Origin: an uncultured Thermomicrobiales bacterium
GTDB taxonomy: Bacteria > Chloroflexota > Chloroflexia > Thermomicrobiales > UBA6265
Reading direction: 5' to 3'
Length of the DNA: 54,035 nt
Assembly (NCBI GenBank): GCA_902806335.1
Contig: CADCWG010000290.1
Span: 1-54,035 of the forward strand
The position numbers were made by a program, and so were the translations under genes. Positions 11,119 to 20,982 of the stretch are shown piece by piece. Numbering within the stretch: the first letter of the stretch is position 1; each line of letters opens with the position of its first letter. The notes below the pieces were generated by a model. The model was given only the letters and a program-made list of their open reading frames with translations. It was not told where the DNA came from and did no database searches.

Positions 11119-12210
11119 CTACGGCTCACCGCGGCGAACCTCCGCCGCGACCCGGCGGAGCCAGACCGCCAGCAGCGGGACGCCGACCGTCAGCAGGACG
11201 TCGACGACCACGACCGCCAGGAGGGTGTACGGCACCACCTGTCCGGTCGACTCCGGCAGACCCGGGTCCTGGCCGAAGGCGAGGAACACCGCAAACGTGC
11301 CGCCGAGCGCGAGCGGGGCCACCAGCGGTCGGGTGCCCCTCGGCAGGAGGCGCCCCAACCCGACGACCGCCGCCGATGCCGCCGTGACGAGCGCCAGCAG
11401 CGGCAGCGCGTCGGTGGGCAACTGCTCGGCGGGGTGCAGGAGGACCACCGGCACCAGCAGCGCCGCGGGAACGAAGAGCAGGGACGTCTCCTCCGGAACC
11501 TCCCAGGTCAGCGCCGCCACCAGGAGGGCCGTGAGCACCAACCCAACCACGGTCGCCGCGCCCGTCAGCAGCAGCGGCCCGGCGGACGCGCGCTCGAAGG
11601 AGACGTAGGGCACGCCGGCGTAGGTGGCGAGCAGGGCCAGCAGCGGCAGCAATCCGCCCAGCGCGGCGAGGTTGGCCAGCCAGACCCGGACGAGCGGATC
11701 CCACTCCATCGCCCTCGCCACCGCATAGCCGGTCACCTGCAGCAGCACCACCACCAGCACCGCCGAGGGCACCCGGTCCGCCCCTGATAGCGGCCCGAAC
11801 GTGCCGAGCGCGAACGCGCCGAGCGCCGTCAGGAGGTGCGGCGACGCGCCGATCGCCGCCGCCGCCACCGCCTGACCCGACCCCGCGACACTCGGCCCGC
11901 GCCGCCCGGCGCGGCGGCCGTCGAGCGGCCGGGGCGCCTCCACCGGGGCGGCCGGCGCGGAGTGCGCGACTGGGAAGGGCGCGGTCGGAGGGCGCATGGT
12001 CTCGAATGGCGGTACCGGTTCGCGCTCCGCCGTCCCGTCGTCGAGGCCCTTGCGGGGCAGCCGACGGTCGAAGAGGTCGGCGAGGTCGGGGAGCGCGCCC
12101 ACGGCCGCGTCCTGCCGGCCGCGGTCGAGCCGTCCCGGCGTGCCTTCGGCGTCGTCCTGCAGCCCCGGCAGTTCCCGCGCGCGGTCGCGGGTGGGGTCAG
12201 GCCGGACCAC
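11119..12210 (-). CDS. Polytopic integral membrane protein (~8 TM helices) with a Pro/Ala-rich cytoplasmic N-terminus. Function unknown. Start uncertain; there is an alternative ATG near 11997.
   Basis: Successive hydrophobic segments (LLTALGAFALGTFGPL; VLVVVLLQVTGYAVA; LANLAALGGLLPLLALLATYAGV; LLLTGAATVVGLVLTALLVAALTW; etc.) with consistent GC3-rich codon usage. Confidence 0.5.
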   Translation of the reverse strand: MVRPDPTRDRARELPGLQDDAEGTPGRLDRGRQDAAVGALPDLADLFDRRLPRKGLDDGTAEREPVPPFETMRPPTAPFPVAHSAPAAPVEAPRPLDGRRAGRRGPSVAGSGQAVAAAAIGASPHLLTALGAFALGTFGPLSGADRVPSAVLVVVLLQVTGYAVARAMEWDPLVRVWLANLAALGGLLPLLALLATYAGVPYVSFERASAGPLLLTGAATVVGLVLTALLVAALTWEVPEETSLLFVPAALLVPVVLLHPAEQLPTDALPLLALVTAASAAVVGLGRLLPRGTRPLVAPLALGGTFAVFLAFGQDPGLPESTGQVVPYTLLAVVVVDVLLTVGVPLLAVWLRRVAAEVRRGEP

Positions 12211-13066
12211 CGGCGGGGACCGGGGCCGTGGCGGACCCGGCGGCGACCGGGCGGAGATCGGCGATCGGAACGGCGCGGCGGCGTCGACCGCGGAACGCCG
12301 CGAGCGCCTCCACGCCGCAGAGTGCCAGCATGTCGAGGGTCACCGGCAGACCGGCGCCGACCGTCTGCGCGGCGTGGGAGTCGGTCCCGGTGGTGATCAG
12401 GCTCCCCCCGGCGTCCACGTACCAGCGCACGATGGACGGCCCGGGCATGCTCGCCTTCGGCGTCTGGCGCAGACCGGAGGTGTTGATCTCGAAGGCGGTC
12501 TCGGTTCGGATCATCGCCGCGAAGACGGGCGCCAGCGCCTCACGGAAGGCGAGGGGATCGTAGTCGCGGTGGGACGCCGGGGCGTACCGCTTCGGGATGT
12601 CGAGGTGACCGATCGTGTCGAACCAGCCTGTCTCGACCGACGCGAGCACCTCCGCGTAGTAGGGCCGGAAGACGTCGCCCAGGGTTCGCCCGGCGAAGTA
12701 CTCGGGGAAGATCGGCACCGGGCCCGTCGGGGTCCGCGCGTAGTGGACGGACCCGATCACCAGGTCGAAGGCACCGGCATGGTCCGCGAGGAACCGCTCG
12801 ACGTCGCGGGCGATCCCGGTGTTGAAGTCGACCTCCGCCCCGGCGAGCACGGTCAGCTGGCCGTCGAACTGCCGGCGACTGGCGTCCACCGCGCGGAGGT
12901 ACTCCTCGGCGCGGTAGTAACCGAAGCCGATGTCGCTCGGCTCGTGGTCGACGTGGTCGGTGAAGGCGATCTCGGTCACGCCCGCGGCCACCGCCGCGCG
13001 GCACGACTCCGCCATCGGGACCTTGCAGTCGACCGAGAATTCGCTGTGGACGTGGTAGTCGAGCAC
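12197..13066 (-). CDS. hisK: Histidinol-phosphatase, PHP family
   Basis: 'MLDYHVHSEFSVDC...EIAFTDHVDH...VIGSVHY...IGHLD...' are the PHP-domain metal-binding His/Asp motifs characteristic of HisK-type histidinol phosphatases. Confidence 0.8.
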   Translation of the reverse strand: MLDYHVHSEFSVDCKVPMAESCRAAVAAGVTEIAFTDHVDHEPSDIGFGYYRAEEYLRAVDASRRQFDGQLTVLAGAEVDFNTGIARDVERFLADHAGAFDLVIGSVHYARTPTGPVPIFPEYFAGRTLGDVFRPYYAEVLASVETGWFDTIGHLDIPKRYAPASHRDYDPLAFREALAPVFAAMIRTETAFEINTSGLRQTPKASMPGPSIVRWYVDAGGSLITTGTDSHAAQTVGAGLPVTLDMLALCGVEALAAFRGRRRRAVPIADLRPVAAGSATAPVPAGGPA

Positions 13067-13383
13067 GGCTGGGCGTCCCCGCGGGGCATCGGGCGGCGGT
13101 CGGCTCGGGTGCGGCCAACTATAGCAGGGGCGCCGCTGTCACCTTCCCGCCGACGCCCCTCGGCACTCTGGCGTACCGGGCTCGCCCGCCCATCCGCCGC
13201 ACCGACGCGCGAAAGGGCCAGCACCCGTCCCGACCCGGACGGCCCAGCACGACGCCCGCCGCATCGCCTCGGGTCGGGGCTCTCCCTGGCGGGACGCATC
13301 ACAGGCGCGGGCGCGTCACACGACCGGCGAACCGACATGTCCCGCGCGTCGTCAGTCTTGCCTCGGCAGCGGGGACGCCGCGG

Positions 13384-14244
13384 GTGGGCCACCGGGGAGC
13401 CGCTGCTAGAATCCAGGCCGCGGGACGGCGCGGGAGCGGGGGCGAGCGAGTGGACCTGGGGCCGGTCTGGGACGAGACGCGGAGCGAACTGGCCTCGTCC
13501 TACCGCGACGTCGTGGGCTTCCTCGTCGCCCTCGTCGAGGCGGTGCTGGTCATCGCGGCGGCCGTCTTCGTCGCCCGGACGATGCGGGGACGTGCCCGGC
13601 GGTCCCGTGTCGCGGCTCGTGTCAGCCCTAACCTTGCCACCCTGATCGTCAACGCCGCCGGTGTCGCCGTCTACGTGGTCGCCGCCGCCGCCGTGCTCGG
13701 CCTGTTCGGCGCGAGCTGGACCGCCCTGCTGACGGTGCTCTCGGTCGGTACCGTCGCGATCAGCCTGGCGCTCCAGGACGTGCTGCGGAACGTGGTGGCC
13801 GGGGTCTACGTGCTGGTCGAGCGCCCCTTCACCATCGGCGACCGGGTCCGCGTGCGGGATGTCGAGGGCGAGGTCGAGGGGATCGAGCTGCGCACCACCG
13901 TGATCAGGAACGCGAAGCAGGAGCGGGTGCTGGTCCCCAACGCGGTCGTCTTCAGCGAGGTGCTCACGAACCGCTCGGCGTATCGGACCCAGCAGACGTC
14001 GCTCCGCCTCGAAGGTGTCCGCTCCCCGATCGAAGGGGCGGAGGCGACCGTCCGCATCGCCCTCGCGGGGTTACCCGGGCTGCGGGAGCCGTCGCCGCGC
14101 CTGGCGGTACAGAAGGTGAGCGACGAGGGCGCGACGCTGGACGTCGAGGTCTGGCACGACGCCGGCGAACCGATCGAGGGCGTCGCGATCGCCCGGCTTC
14201 GGCAGTGCTTCCCGGAGGCGACCGTCTCCCTCGGCGCGGCCTAG
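13384..14244 (+). CDS. Small-conductance mechanosensitive channel (MscS family). Possibly starts at the GTG at 13450.
   Basis: Three N-terminal TM helices, then the MscS beta-domain 'VVAGVYVLVERPFTIGDRVRVRDVEGEVEGIELRTTVIRNAKQERVLVPNAVVFSEVLTN'. Confidence 0.8.
   Translation: MGHRGAAARIQAAGRRGSGGERVDLGPVWDETRSELASSYRDVVGFLVALVEAVLVIAAAVFVARTMRGRARRSRVAARVSPNLATLIVNAAGVAVYVVAAAAVLGLFGASWTALLTVLSVGTVAISLALQDVLRNVVAGVYVLVERPFTIGDRVRVRDVEGEVEGIELRTTVIRNAKQERVLVPNAVVFSEVLTNRSAYRTQQTSLRLEGVRSPIEGAEATVRIALAGLPGLREPSPRLAVQKVSDEGATLDVEVWHDAGEPIEGVAIARLRQCFPEATVSLGAA
13399..13409 (+). promoter_or_regulatory. Extended -10 element TGcTAGAAT, candidate mscS promoter
   Basis: 'ctgctagaat' at 13400-13409 in the divergent hisK/mscS intergenic region. 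If real, the mscS start is the GTG at 13450 rather than the ATG at 13384. Confidence 0.3.
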
Positions 14245-14246
14245 CG

Positions 14247-14897
14247 GTGGCATCGACCTCACCACCGCGCATCGGCATCCTCGGCGGCACCTTCGACCCG
14301 GTCCACGTCGGGCACCTCGTGGCCGCGACGGAGCTGCGGCACCGCCTGGGTCTGGCGCGGGTGCTCTTCCTGCCGGCGGGCCGGCCACCCCACAAGCCGC
14401 TCCAGGATCTGGCGCCCGACGCCGATCGCCTGGCGATGCTCGAGCTCGCGCTCGCCGGCGAGCCGGGCTTCTCCGTCGAGCCGTTCGAACTCGGGCGCCG
14501 CGGGCCGTCCTACACCGCGGACACCCTCGAGGCGCTGGCGCCGACCCTCGTCCCCGCCGAGCCGGTCTTTCTCATGGGTGAAGACGCCCTGCGCGACCTC
14601 CCGACGTGGCACCGCCCGGGACGGATCGTCGAACTCGCCCGGCTCGGGGTGGCGACCCGGCCGGAGGTCTCGGTCGACCTGGCCGTGGTGGTCGCTCGGG
14701 TCCCGGCCGCGGCGGGGCGAATCGACCTGGTCCCCGTGCCCCAGATCGGGGTGTCGTCTCGAGACCTGCGACGGCGGGTGGCCGCCGGCGAGCCGATCGC
14801 CTACCAGGTCCCGCCCGCGGTGGCCCGCTACATCGCCGATCGGGACCTCTATCGGCCGATACGATCGGGAGCGGACGACCGCCATCCACGACGATGA
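14247..14897 (+). CDS. nadD: Nicotinate-nucleotide adenylyltransferase
   Basis: 'RIGILGGTFDPVHVGHL' (HxGH nucleotidyltransferase motif) and 'GPSYTADTL'. The GTG start overlaps the mscS stop. Confidence 0.88.
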   Translation: MASTSPPRIGILGGTFDPVHVGHLVAATELRHRLGLARVLFLPAGRPPHKPLQDLAPDADRLAMLELALAGEPGFSVEPFELGRRGPSYTADTLEALAPTLVPAEPVFLMGEDALRDLPTWHRPGRIVELARLGVATRPEVSVDLAVVVARVPAAAGRIDLVPVPQIGVSSRDLRRRVAAGEPIAYQVPPAVARYIADRDLYRPIRSGADDRHPRR

Positions 14898-15376
14898 CAG
14901 CGCCAACCGGTAGGAGCGCCCCGTTAGTCGCGTCTCACCGGTAACTGCACGTCATTCCATGCCCCCGCGGCCGACCGAGCGGGCCGGGCGTCGCCCCGAC
15001 CGGGGGATTCCTCCGGGAGACGAGGCGCCAAAGACCACGAGAGCGCTCGGCGAACAGCAGCGGCCGCGCGGCCGCGGGGCAAGAAGCCAACGGTTCACCG
15101 TCAGGCGCGCCGCAGGGCCGGTCCCTGCCTTTCCGCGCTCTGGGGCGCAAGCCGAACAACCCTTGATGGCGCCCGACGTACCTGACGTGGAGCGACGATA
15201 GTCTGGGGGACCACTTACCGCCAGACGGTGCCGCGAGGTTCGACCCTGCTCCTCGACGATCGCCCTCGGGTCGGATGCGTGGACGTTCGCCGGGCGACCG
15301 GTTGACAGCGGGGCTACCGGCTGTACCGTGACCGCCATCGACGCAGGCACGTTGAGCACTCCCCGGAGAAGGTCCG

Positions 15377-16597
15377 ATGCGCGTCTCGCTCGTCCCGATG
15401 CTGGTGCTGGCTCTCAGCCTCCTCCTGGTCCGGCCATTCGTCGCCGTCTCGGCACCGCCGGTGGAGTCGCCCTCGGCCGCGGCGTCCGGTGGCCTCGCGG
15501 AGATGCTCGGCCGCCTGCCGTCCCTCCCCCTCGGCGAGGACGGGGCGATCGCCACCTACGCCAGCCCGGCGGCCCAGCTCGCCGCCCTTGGCATGACCCC
15601 GCCGGGCGCGACGGCCGACGAGGCGGAGCGGGCGGCGTGGGGCGAGGCGGTCGGTCGGCTGGCCCTGCCCCAGCAGGTCCGTGACGTCGGCAGGACCCCG
15701 GAATGGCGGGACGCGTTCGGCTTCGACGTCTTCCAGATCGACCAGTCGGCCGAGTATCTGGCGCCGCCGCTCGCCGTCACGGCCGTCCGCGGGCGGTTCG
15801 ACTCCGACGAGCTGCGGGCCGCCTGGGAGCGGAGCGGCTACGAGCCTCTGGACGTGGACGCCGGAGAGGCATACGCGGTCCGCGGCGACTTCGAGGTCGC
15901 GCTCTCCGACCCTGTCGGACGGCTCGCGATGGCGTACCTCAACGTCGTGGGGCTCGCGGACGACGGCACCCTCATCTTCTCCAGTGCCGAGGAGGGAGTC
16001 CGGGGAGCGCTCGCGGCGATCGACGGCGACGCTGACTCCCTCGCCGACCAGGTCGACCTCGCGCCGATCGTCGACGCCGCGCCTTCTGACCTGGTCTCGG
16101 CCCTGCTGGTCGACGGCTCGTCGTTCCTCGCGGTGCCGGACGCGGCCGGCGTGGCCCTCGAGGGGGAGGACCCGGAGGCCTTCGCCACCCGGGCGGCAGA
16201 GGAGACCTACGAGGCCACGCGATTGCCAGGGATCACGGCTGGGTTGCTCGGTCAGACCGCGGGCACTGTGACCGGCGAGAACGCGACCCCTACGGCCGAG
16301 GACGAGTTCCCGCCCGCCCGCGCGGTCGCCGTCGTCGCGTCGGAGGACCCCGACGCGGCGGAGACGGCGGCGGGCGTGATCGAGCAGCGTCTCGCCGATC
16401 AGGCGCTCCCCGCGGGCGCAGGCGGCGACCGGGCGGGTCGGCCATGGGCCGAGCTCTTCCCGGAGCGGACGGTGCGAGCGGTGCCCGGCGAGGCGGTGGT
16501 CGTGATCGAACTCGGCCTTGCCGAGGGCGTGGCGCCTTCGATCCTTCAGACGCTGCTGTTCCAGCGTGCGCTGGGCTTCCTCGCCTGGTCTCCCTGA
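15377..16597 (+). CDS. Secreted hypothetical protein (signal peptide; Asp/Glu/Ala-rich)
   Basis: N-terminal 'MRVSLVPMLVLALSLLLVRPFVAVSAPP' signal peptide, with a plausible 'ggagaagg' SD upstream. Confidence 0.6.
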   Translation: MRVSLVPMLVLALSLLLVRPFVAVSAPPVESPSAAASGGLAEMLGRLPSLPLGEDGAIATYASPAAQLAALGMTPPGATADEAERAAWGEAVGRLALPQQVRDVGRTPEWRDAFGFDVFQIDQSAEYLAPPLAVTAVRGRFDSDELRAAWERSGYEPLDVDAGEAYAVRGDFEVALSDPVGRLAMAYLNVVGLADDGTLIFSSAEEGVRGALAAIDGDADSLADQVDLAPIVDAAPSDLVSALLVDGSSFLAVPDAAGVALEGEDPEAFATRAAEETYEATRLPGITAGLLGQTAGTVTGENATPTAEDEFPPARAVAVVASEDPDAAETAAGVIEQRLADQALPAGAGGDRAGRPWAELFPERTVRAVPGEAVVVIELGLAEGVAPSILQTLLFQRALGFLAWSP

Positions 16598-16926
16598 GCC
16601 TCCCGGCGCGGCGAGTTCCGAGGAGTCCGGCGACCGCGAGACCCGTTGACCGGGCAGCGTGGACGCTGCGGCGAAGACAGGTTCTCGGGGGGCCCGTTGC
16701 GGGGGGTCGCCGGGTCGACGGCCGCTGGCCGGTCTGCTTCTCGTGCCTGCCTGACGCATCCGCAGGCACAAGCTAGACGGTGCGGCCCCGGGTGCCGCCG
16801 CATGGACGCGGTCCCTCTGGCCCTTCCTCTCCGTCCTCGTGACGCATCCATCAGCACATGCTTATGCGCGCGGCGCCCGGATGCTTACCGGGTGGACTAG
16901 GTACCTACGCGGGTGGGCCCGCAAGG

Positions 16927-16972
16927 CTGGGTGACGTCGCGAAATCGGCGGGCGGCATTGGGTGATGTCACG
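16927..16972 (+). promoter_or_regulatory. Two copies of TGGGTGAyGTC (GTGACGTCGC and GTGATGTCAC half-palindromes) spaced 31 bp apart, ~100-140 bp upstream of the LPXTG protein gene
   Basis: Direct repeat with internal dyad symmetry (GTGAC/GTCAC), read from the sequence. Confidence 0.35.
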
Positions 16973-17069
16973 CATGTGGCCGGTGGGCCCGGTCCCTAGA
17001 GTGGCGTCAGTGGCAAACGAGCCGCCGCCGGCCACGAGGAGCGTGGACCACCGACCCAGGAGACTCCCG

Positions 17070-18257
17070 ATGTTTGTCCGCGCGCGTCGCTCCCTCCTCC
17101 CGTTCGCCGCCGGCCTGGCACTCACGCTCTCGGCCGTGCCTGCCCTGGCCGGCGCCCATGACCCCGCCGCCCCCGCGGACGCCGGCCCGGCGGCGCAGAT
17201 CTTCACCCTCTACACGCCCGAGGCGGCCGACGCCGACACCGACACCGACGGCGACGGGTTCCCCGACGCCCACGAGACCGACGTCCTCGGCAGCGACCCG
17301 GCGAACCCCGACACCGACGGGGACGGCCTGTCGGACTACGACGAGGTCATGACCCACGCGTCGAGCCCGGTCGAGGCCGACGCGGACGGCGACGGCCTCG
17401 ACGACGCCGGCGAGGCCAAGGCGGGCACGGATCCCTACGTCGCCGACACCGACGGCGACGGGAAGCTCGACGGCGGCGAGGTCTACCACGGCACCGACCC
17501 GCTCGACCCCGCCGACTTCCCGCCCTTCCAGGCCGGCGTCGACACCGACGAAGACGGGCTCTCGGACGCCACCGAGGCCAACCTCGGCACGGACCCGTCG
17601 AACCCCGACACCGACGACGACGGGGCCGGTGACAACGCGGAGACCTCCGCCGGCACCGACCCGCTCGACCCCAGCTCGCTCCCGGGGGACCAGCCGGAGC
17701 AGGAGAACGCCCCATCGCCGGGTTCCTCCGCCACCGACGCCCCCGACGGGGAGACCACGGAAGAGACCACAGACAGCGACGCCGACGCCGGCACCCACTC
17801 CCACGGCCACGACGCCGCGCCGTCGTCCGACCTCGGGACCGAGTCGATGGACGGGGCCGAGACGCCGGCCGAGAACGGCGGCGTCACCGTCGAGGAGGCC
17901 GACACCGAAGTCGAATCGACGACCGCCGAGACGGCCGCAGCCTCGGCCGCCAGCGCCCACGACGGCACCGGCCACCTGAACAACGCCGACACCGGCGAGA
18001 CCGCGGCGGCGCAGGACGGCCCGAGCCAGCAGGCGGACGGCACGACGGGGCATGCACACGGGTCGGTGCAGGGTGGCCAGACCGCCGGCGCTCAGCCGAA
18101 GACCGGGGCCGTCGCGGTAACGACCCTGCCGTCGACCGGCGCCGGGACCAACGTCGAGGCCGGTGACTCGGCCGGCCTCGCGGGCTCAGCTGCCGCGGCC
18201 CTGGGAGCGCTAATCCTCGGCTTCCTGGCGGTTGCCCGCCGCCGGAGGACTGCCTAG
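17070..18257 (+). CDS. LPXTG cell-wall-anchored surface protein with thrombospondin type-3-like Ca-binding repeats
   Basis: Signal peptide 'MFVRARRSLLPFAAGLALTLSAVPALA'. At least 8 'DTDGDGxxDxxE'/'DADGDGLDD' repeats. C-terminal 'LPSTG' followed by a hydrophobic stretch and an 'RRRRTA' tail. ATG at 17070 follows an 'aggag' RBS. Confidence 0.85.
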   Translation: MFVRARRSLLPFAAGLALTLSAVPALAGAHDPAAPADAGPAAQIFTLYTPEAADADTDTDGDGFPDAHETDVLGSDPANPDTDGDGLSDYDEVMTHASSPVEADADGDGLDDAGEAKAGTDPYVADTDGDGKLDGGEVYHGTDPLDPADFPPFQAGVDTDEDGLSDATEANLGTDPSNPDTDDDGAGDNAETSAGTDPLDPSSLPGDQPEQENAPSPGSSATDAPDGETTEETTDSDADAGTHSHGHDAAPSSDLGTESMDGAETPAENGGVTVEEADTEVESTTAETAAASAASAHDGTGHLNNADTGETAAAQDGPSQQADGTTGHAHGSVQGGQTAGAQPKTGAVAVTTLPSTGAGTNVEAGDSAGLAGSAAAALGALILGFLAVARRRRTA

Positions 18258-18573
18258 ACTTCACACCCGCTCGAACCCACGCAACGGAAGACCGGCCGCG
18301 CGATCGCGCGGCCGGTCTTCCGTTGCGTGCCAGGTCCAACCGCCCCGGTGGCGTCGTCGCCGAACGACCGCTCGAGGACCCGAAGGCTGCGGGCGAAGGG
18401 CATGCGAAGCAGGGCCGCTCCTCCGGCGGGGGCAGTCCCAGAGCGAACGACGCGGCTCGGGAGTGCGCGCCTCGATCGTCGAACGTGTCCGGAGTACGCC
18501 GGCGCGGTTGACGTCCCCCCAGTCGACGCGCATGCTCCCGCGTGTCGCTGGTGGGGATCGCCGAGAGGGACGC

Positions 18574-20982
18574 ATGATGGGTTCGTCAGCAGAGCGGGTT
18601 GCTCCCCCTGCGGTCACCCTTGTCGCGCTCGACCGCCGCGAGTCCATCGTCGGCACGCTCCCGCCGTCTCGGCTCACCTCGTTCGTCGGGCGTGAGCGAG
18701 AGGTGGCCACCGTCTCTGAGCTGATCCGACGACCCGATGTCCGACTGGTCACCCTCACGGGTCCGGGCGGCGTGGGCAAGACCCGGATCGCCCTTGAGGT
18801 CGCGGCCGTCGTCGCGGAGGAAGGACCCGACGAGGTGGCGATCGTCGCCCTCGCGCCGGTCCAGGATCCCGACCTCGTCCTCCCCTCGATCGCGCAGACC
18901 CTGGGTATCCGTGACGCCCCTAACCGCCCAGCGTTCGACCAGCTGCGGGCGCTCCTCGCCAGCCGCCGCTTCCTGCTCGTCCTTGACAACTTCGAACATC
19001 TGCTCCCGGCCGCGCCGCTGGTCGCCCGTCTACTCGGCTCCTGCCCGAGCCTGACCGTGCTGGTCACCAGTCGCGGCTCCCTGCGCGTGGCCGGCGAGCG
19101 GGAAGTGCCGGTGGCGCCGATGCCGCTCCCGGACGTGCCCGTCGGAGCGGGGGCCACCACGGCGGGGAAGCACCCGGCCGTGCGCCTCTTTGTCGACCGG
19201 GCGGAGGCCGTCCGTCCGGGCTTTGCCCTGACCGACGCCAATGCCAGGGCGATCGTCGACATCTGTCGCCGTCTCGACGGCCTGCCGCTGGCGATCGAGC
19301 TGGCCGCTGCCCGTACCAAGGTGCTGCCCCCGCCGACGCTGCTCTCGCGCCTCGAGCGGCGCCTCACCCTCCTCACCACCGGCTGGGCCGACAACCCCGA
19401 GCGACTGCGGACCATGCGGAACGCGATCGCCTGGAGTCACGACCTCCTGACCGAGGAGGAGCAGGTGCTCTTCCGCCGGCTGAGCGTGTTCGTGGGTGGC
19501 TTTGACCTGACCGCCGCCGACGCAGTCTGGGCCACGCCGCCCTCCCTCGACGGCGACCCCTTCGACCTCACCGCGGCGCTTGTCGACAAGAGCCTCGTCC
19601 AGAGGGTCGAGGGCGGCGACAGGGATGGCGACGTCGATGCCGAGCCGCGGTTCCAGATGCTGGAGACGATCCGCGAGTTCGCCGCCGAACGGCTCGCGGC
19701 GAGCGGCGAGGACGAGTCGAACCGGGCGGCGCACGCGGCGCACGTCCTCGCGCTTGTCGAGCGTGCGGAGACGACGTTCCTCCGCGGGGAGCACGCCCCG
19801 TGGCTGGACTGGCTCGCGCCCGAGCAGGACAACGTGCGGGCGGCGCTCGGCTGGGCCATCGAGCGCCGGGACAGCGAGACCGCGCTGCGCCTGGCCGGCG
19901 CGGTCGTCTGGCTCTGGTTCGTGCGGGGCCAGTTCGAGGAAGGCCGCGCCTGGCTGGACCGAGCGCTCTCCCCGGAGTGGAGCCGGTCGCACCACACGGC
20001 GGCCCGTTCGAAGGCCCTCTTCGCGGCCGGGATGCTCGCCCACTACCACGGGGACAGGGCCCGTGTCCCGGTGTACCTCGCGGAGTGCGAGGCGCTGAGC
20101 CGAGCCGTCGGCGACCGGTCGAGCCTCGCTCGGTCCCTGCTCTTGCGGGGGGTCGCCGCCGAGGACGCGGGACACTACGGCGAGGCCGACCCGCTCCTCG
20201 ACGAGGCGCTCGGGCTGTTCCGCGATCTGGGCGATCGGCTCTTCATCGCGCAGACGCTCGTGCATCTTGGCATCGTCGCGTTCGGACAGGGCCGGTACGA
20301 GGAGGCCACGGCACGCGGGGCGGCCGCGCTCGCCGCGTACGACGAGGTGGGCGACAGGCTCGGGGCAGCGGTTGGCGTCGCGGGCGCCCTCGACTTCCTC
20401 AGCCTGGTCGCCACGGTCGGGGGCGACCATGCCAGGGCGATCGACCTGCAGCGCCGCGCGCTCACGATGCGCCGCGACCTGGAGAACCCGTGGGGCGTCG
20501 TAAGCAGCCTTGAGGGACTGGCCACGGTGGCGGCTCGGACGGGGCAGTTCGTCGAAGCCGCGCGACTCTTCGGTGTAACCGAGGCCCAGCGGGCCATCAC
20601 CGGCGCGCCGCTGGCCTATCCCGAGCGCGCGGCCTACGAGTCGGCCATCGCGCTTGCCCGCGCCGCGCTCGGTAACGACGAGTATGGTGCCGCCGCCTCG
20701 GCAGGAAGAGCGCTCTCTATCGATGAGGCAGTGGCCGAGGCAGTGGCGCTGGAGGCCAAGTCGTCACCGTCCGCGGCGCCGGATAGTCCCCACGGCCTGA
20801 CGCCGCGCGAGGTGCAGGTTCTCCGACTCCTGACCAAGGGGCACTCCGACAAGGAGATCGGCGAGGCCCTCTTTATCAGCCACCGGACGGTGATGCGCCA
20901 CGTCAGTAGCGTCCTGGCCAAGCTCGACGTCGACTCCCGGGTCGCCGCGGCGAGCTGGGCGATCCGCCAGGACCTCATCTGA
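18574..20982 (+). CDS. LuxR-family transcriptional regulator with N-terminal NB-ARC/STAND ATPase and central TPR repeats
   Basis: Walker A 'LTGPGGVGKTRIA', Walker B 'FLLVLDNFEHL', TPR-like helical repeats, and a C-terminal LuxR HTH 'LTPREVQVLRLLTKGHSDKEIGEALFISHRTVMRHVSSVLAKL'. No SARP domain. Confidence 0.85.
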   Translation: MMGSSAERVAPPAVTLVALDRRESIVGTLPPSRLTSFVGREREVATVSELIRRPDVRLVTLTGPGGVGKTRIALEVAAVVAEEGPDEVAIVALAPVQDPDLVLPSIAQTLGIRDAPNRPAFDQLRALLASRRFLLVLDNFEHLLPAAPLVARLLGSCPSLTVLVTSRGSLRVAGEREVPVAPMPLPDVPVGAGATTAGKHPAVRLFVDRAEAVRPGFALTDANARAIVDICRRLDGLPLAIELAAARTKVLPPPTLLSRLERRLTLLTTGWADNPERLRTMRNAIAWSHDLLTEEEQVLFRRLSVFVGGFDLTAADAVWATPPSLDGDPFDLTAALVDKSLVQRVEGGDRDGDVDAEPRFQMLETIREFAAERLAASGEDESNRAAHAAHVLALVERAETTFLRGEHAPWLDWLAPEQDNVRAALGWAIERRDSETALRLAGAVVWLWFVRGQFEEGRAWLDRALSPEWSRSHHTAARSKALFAAGMLAHYHGDRARVPVYLAECEALSRAVGDRSSLARSLLLRGVAAEDAGHYGEADPLLDEALGLFRDLGDRLFIAQTLVHLGIVAFGQGRYEEATARGAAALAAYDEVGDRLGAAVGVAGALDFLSLVATVGGDHARAIDLQRRALTMRRDLENPWGVVSSLEGLATVAARTGQFVEAARLFGVTEAQRAITGAPLAYPERAAYESAIALARAALGNDEYGAAASAGRALSIDEAVAEAVALEAKSSPSAAPDSPHGLTPREVQVLRLLTKGHSDKEIGEALFISHRTVMRHVSSVLAKLDVDSRVAAASWAIRQDLI

